Shown: in pieces, positions 58,801-64,000 of the stretch
Layout of the letters: every line of letters starts with the position of its first letter
Numbering within the stretch: the stretch's first letter is position 1
Source: Paraphysomonas bandaiensis
Lineage: Eukaryota > Protista > Chrysophyceae
DNA length: 64,000 nucleotides
Assembly (NCBI GenBank): GCA_965644295.1
Contig: CBFFRP010000169.1
Span: forward strand, 187,721 to 251,720
Direction of reading: 5' to 3'
Notes under the pieces: model-generated
What the model was told of the DNA's origin: nothing
Databases searched by the model: none
The model's input: only the letters and a program-made list of their open reading frames with translations
Translations under genes and position numbers: made by a program

Positions 58801-61800
58801 AACCCCTAGCTAATAGGAAGCATAAGGATGCAATTGACCATTCATTGATATAGCACTGAGCAAAAACCCACCATTCATGTTATATTAATGGCAGGTGAGT
58901 AATAGTGCAGGAAACATTAAAACGACAATGAATACAATAAAAGATACAGCATGCATTTTGTACCTTCCATAATAGCAATGGCTCCGTGTGCTCATGCACA
59001 AAAACACTGGAATCTACCAAACAATCTAATAAACAAGTTACTATATTTATCGAACCACGTATATATTTGATATGTAAAATGGCTTCGTAGAACCCCTAGC
59101 TAATAGGAAGCATAAGGATGCAATTGACCATTCATTGATATAGCACTGAGCAAAAACCCACCATTCATGTTATATTAATGGCAGGTGAGTAATAGTGCAG
59201 GAAACATTAAAACGACAATGAATACAATAAAACATACAGCATGCATTTTGTACCTTCCATAATAGCAATGGCTCCGTGTGCTCATGCACAAAAACACTGG
59301 AATCTACCAAACAATCTAATAAACAAGTTACTATATTTATCGAACCACGTATATATTTGATATGTAAAATGGCTTCGTAGAACCCCTAGCTAATAGGAAG
59401 CATAAGGATGCAATTGACCATTCATTGATATAGCACTGAGCAAAAACCCACCATTCATGTTATATTAATGGCAGGTGAGTAATAGTGCAGGAAACATTAA
59501 AACGACAATGAATACAATAAAAGATACAGCATGCATTTTGTACCTTCCATAATAGCAATGGCTCCGTGTGCTCATGCACAAAAACACTGGAATCTACCAA
59601 ACAATCTAATAAACAAGTTACTATATTTATCGAACCACGTATATATTTGATATGTAAAATGGCTTCGTAGAACCCCTAGCTAATAGGAAGCATAAGGATG
59701 CAATTGACCATTCATTGATATAGCACTGAGCAAAAACCCACCATTCATGTTATATTAATGGCAGGTGAGTAATAGTGCAGGAAACATTAAAACGACAATG
59801 AATACAATAAAAGATACAGCATGCATTTTGTACCTTCCATAATAGCAATGGCTCCGTGTGCTCATGCACAAAAACACTGGAATCTACCAAACAATCTAAT
59901 AAACAAGTTACTATATTTATCGAACCACGTATATATTTGATATGTAAAATGGCTTCGTAGAACCCCTAGCTAATAGGAAGCATAAGGATGCAATTGACCA
60001 TTCATTGATATAGCACTGAGCAAAAACCCACCATTCATGTTATATTAATGGCAGGTGAGTAATAGTGCAGGAAACATTAAAACGACAATGAATACAATAA
60101 AAGATACAGCATGCATTTTGTACCTTCCATAATAGCAATGGCTCCGTGTGCTCATGCACAAAAACACTGGAATCTACCAAACAATCTAATAAACAAGTTA
60201 CTATATTTATCGAACCACGTATATATTTGATATGTAAAATGGCTTCGTAGAACCCCTAGCTAATAGGAAGCATAAGGATGCAATTGACCATTCATTGATA
60301 TAGCACTGAGCAAAAACCCACCATTCATGTTATATTAATGGCAGGTGAGTAATAGTGCAGGAAACATTAAACGACAATGAATACAATAAAAGATACAGCA
60401 TGCATCCACCATTCATGTTATATTAATGGCAGGTGAGTAATAGTGCAGGAAACATTAAAACGACAATGAATACAATAAAAGATACAGCATGCATTTTGTA
60501 CCTTCCATAATAGCAATGGCTCCGTGTGCTCATGCACAAAAACACTGGAATCTACCAAACAATCTAATAAACAAGTTACTATATTTATCGAACCACGTAT
60601 ATATTTGATATGTAAAATGGCTTCGTAGAACCCCTAGCTAATAGGAAGCATAAGGATGCAATTGACCATTCATTGATATAGCACTGAGCAAAAACCCACC
60701 ATTCATGTTATATTAATGGCAGGTGAGTAATAGTGCAGGAAACATTAAAACGACAATGAATACAATAAAAGATACAGCATGCATTTTGTACCTTCCATAA
60801 TAGCAATGGCTCCGTGTGCTCATGCACAAAAACACTGGAATCTACCAAACAATCTAATAAACAAGTTACTATATTTATCGAACCACGTATATATTTGATA
60901 TGTAAAATGGCTTCGTAGAACCCCTAGCTAATAGGAAGCATAAGGATGCAATTGACCATTCATTGATATAGCACTGAGCAAAAACCCACCATTCATGTTA
61001 TATTAATGGCAGGTGAGTAATAGTGCAGGAAACATTAAAACGACAATGAATACAATAAAAGATACAGCATGCATTTTGTACCTTCCATAATAGCAATGGC
61101 TCCGTGTGCTCATGCACAAAAACACTGGAATCTACCAAACAATCTAATAAACAAGTTACTATATTTATCGAACCACGTATATATTTGATATGTAAAATGG
61201 CTTCGTAGAACCCCTAGCTAATAGGAAGCATAAGGATGCAATTGACCATTCATTGATATAGCACTGAGCAAAAACCCACCATTCATGTTATATTAATGGC
61301 AGGTGAGTAATAGTGCAGGAAACATTAAAACGACAATGAATACAATAAAAGATACAGCATGCATTTTGTACCTTCCATAATAGCAATGGCTCCGTGTGCT
61401 CATGCACAAAAACACTGGAATCTACCAAACAATCTAATAAACAAGTTACTATATTTATCGAACCACGTATATATTTGATATGTAAAATGGCTTCGTAGAA
61501 CCCCTAGCTAATAGGAAGCATAAGGATGCAATTGACCATTCATTGATATAGCACTGAGCAAAAACCCACCATTCATGTTATATTAATGGCAGGTGAGTAA
61601 TAGTGCAGGAAACATTAAAACGACAATGAATACAATAAAAGATACAGCATGCATTTTGTACCTTCCATAATAGCAATGGCTCCGTGTGCTCATGCACAAA
61701 AACACTGGAATCTACCAAACAATCTAATAAACAAGTTACTATATTTATCGAACCACGTATATATTTGATATGTAAAATGGCTTCGTAGAACCCCTAGCTA

Positions 61801-64000
61801 ATAGGAAGCATAAGGATGCAATTGACCATTCATTGATATAGCACTGAGCAAAAACCCACCATTCATGTTATATTAATGGCAGGTGAGTAATAGTGCAGGA
61901 AACATTAAAACGACAATGAATACAATAAAAGATACAGCATGCATTTTGTACCTTCCATAATAGCAATGGCTCCGTGTGCTCATGCACAAAAACACTGGAA
62001 TCTACCAAACAATCTAATAAACAAGTTACTATATTTATCGAACCACGTATATATTTGATATGTAAAATGGCTTCGTAGAACCCCTAGCTAATAGGAAGCA
62101 TAAGGATGCAATTGACCATTCATTGATATAGCACTGAGCAAAAACCCACCATTCATGTTATATTAATGGCAGGTGAGTAATAGTGCAGGAAACATTAAAA
62201 CGACAATGAATACAATAAAAGATACAGCATGCATTTTGTACCTTCCATAATAGCAATGGCTCCGTGTGCTCATGCACAAAAACACTGGAATCTACCAAAC
62301 AATCTAATAAACAAGTTACTATATTTATCGAACCACGTATATATTTGATATGTAAAATGGCTTCGTAGAACCCCTAGCTAATAGGAAGCATAAGGATGCA
62401 ATTGACCATTCATTGATATAGCACTGAGCAAAAACCCACCATTCATGTTATATTAATGGCAGGTGAGTAATAGTGCAGGAAACATTAAAACGACAATGAA
62501 TACAATAAAAGATACAGCATGCATTTTGTACCTTCCATAATAGCAATGGCTCCGTGTGCTCATGCACAAAAACACTGGAATCTACCAAACAATCTAATAA
62601 ACAAGTTACTATATTTATCGAACCACGTATATATTTGATATGTAAAATGGCTTCGTAGAACCCCTAGCTAATAGGAAGCATAAGGATGCAATTGACCATT
62701 CATTGATATAGCACTGAGCAAAAACCCACCATTCATGTTATATTAATGGCAGGTGAGTAATAGTGCAGGAAACATTAAAACGACAATGAATACAATAAAA
62801 GATACAGCATGCATTTTGTACCTTCCATAATAGCAATGGCTCCGTGTGCTCATGCACAAAAACACTGGAATCTACCAAACAATCTAATAAACAAGTTACT
62901 ATATTTATCGAACCACGTATATATTTGATATGTAAAATGGCTTTGTAGAACCCCTAGCTAATAGGAAGCATAAGGATGCAATTGACCATTCATTGATATA
63001 GCACTGAGCAAAAACCCACCATTCATGTTATATTAATGGCAGGTGAGTAATAGTGCAGGAAACATTAAAACGACAATGAATACAATAAAAGATACAGCAT
63101 GCATTTTGTACCTTCCATAATAGCAATGGCTCCGTGTGCTCATGCACAAAAACACTGGAATCTACCAAACAATCTAATAAACAAGTTACTATATTATCGA
63201 ACCACGTATATATTTGATATGTAAAATGGCTTCGTAGAACCCCTAGCTAATAGGAAGCATAAGGATGCAATTGACCATTCATTGATATAGCACTGAGCAA
63301 AAACCCACCATTCATGTTATATTAATGGCAGGTGAGTAATAGTGCAGGAAACATTAAAACGACAATGAATACAATAAAAGATACAGCATGCATTTTGTAC
63401 CTTCCATAATAGCAATGGCTCCGTGTGCTCATGCACAAAAACACTGGAATCTACCAAACAATCTAATAAACAAGTTACTATATTTATCGAACCACGTATA
63501 TATTTGATATGTAAAATGGCTTCGTAGAACCCCTAGCTAATAGGAAGCATAAGGATGCAATTGACCATTCATTGATATAGCACTGAGCAAAAACCCACCA
63601 TTCATGTTATATTAATGGCAGGTGAGTAATAGTGCAGGAAACATTAAAACGACAATGAATACAATAAAAGATACAGCATGCATTTTGTACCTTCCATAAT
63701 AGCAATGGCTCCGTGTGCTCATGCACAAAAACACTGGAATCTACCAAACAATCTAATAAACAAGTTACTATATTTATCGAACCACGTATATATTTGATAT
63801 GTAAAATGGCTTTGTAGAACCCCTAGCTAATAGGAAGCATAAGGATGCAATTGACCATTCATTGATATAGCACTGAGCAAAAACCCACCATTCATGTTAT
63901 ATTAATGGCAGGTGAGTAATAGTGCAGGAAACATTAAAACGACAATGAATACAATAAAAGATACAGCATGCATTTTGTACCTTCCATAATAGCAATGGCT
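55819..64000 (+). repeat. 290-bp tandem repeat array, ~28 near-identical units, continues past the window end
   Basis: Unit starts at 55876, 56166, 56456 and so on. It is preceded by a 57-bp partial unit. Confidence 0.98.

Noticed and set aside
55819-64000. CRISPR-like array
   Set aside because: The units are identical along their whole length with no unique spacers. The context is eukaryotic and has no cas genes.

Overview
Eukaryotic genomic DNA with the standard code and many short (about 45-65 nt) GT-AG introns. Gene content is compatible with a stramenopile/protist, which is an inference. Three zones. (1) About 1-23 kb is repeat-rich. It holds a 5'-truncated RNase H-bearing LINE flanked by a 1067-bp direct duplication, an intact non-autonomous LTR element (1.5-kb LTRs), copia debris, MITEs, a 4.1-kb nested palindrome carrying four copies of a small coiled-coil ORF, and a decayed trypsin-like protease. 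(2) About 23.4-55.3 kb is gene-dense and arranged almost entirely as head-to-head pairs: GTPase-RNase III fusion/orphan, PLAC8/PLAC8, RhaT-like/TM9SF, MhpD-like/U2AF65-like, RPB11/histidine phosphatase-RINGv, DOT1-like/UGPase, pseudogene/GH18. (3) About 55.8-64 kb is a highly homogeneous 290-bp tandem array running off the window. The best candidate novelty is an intronless P-loop GTPase fused to an RNase III-like domain, a possible dsRNA/antiviral effector. All protein family calls come from motifs recognised by eye; no searches were run.
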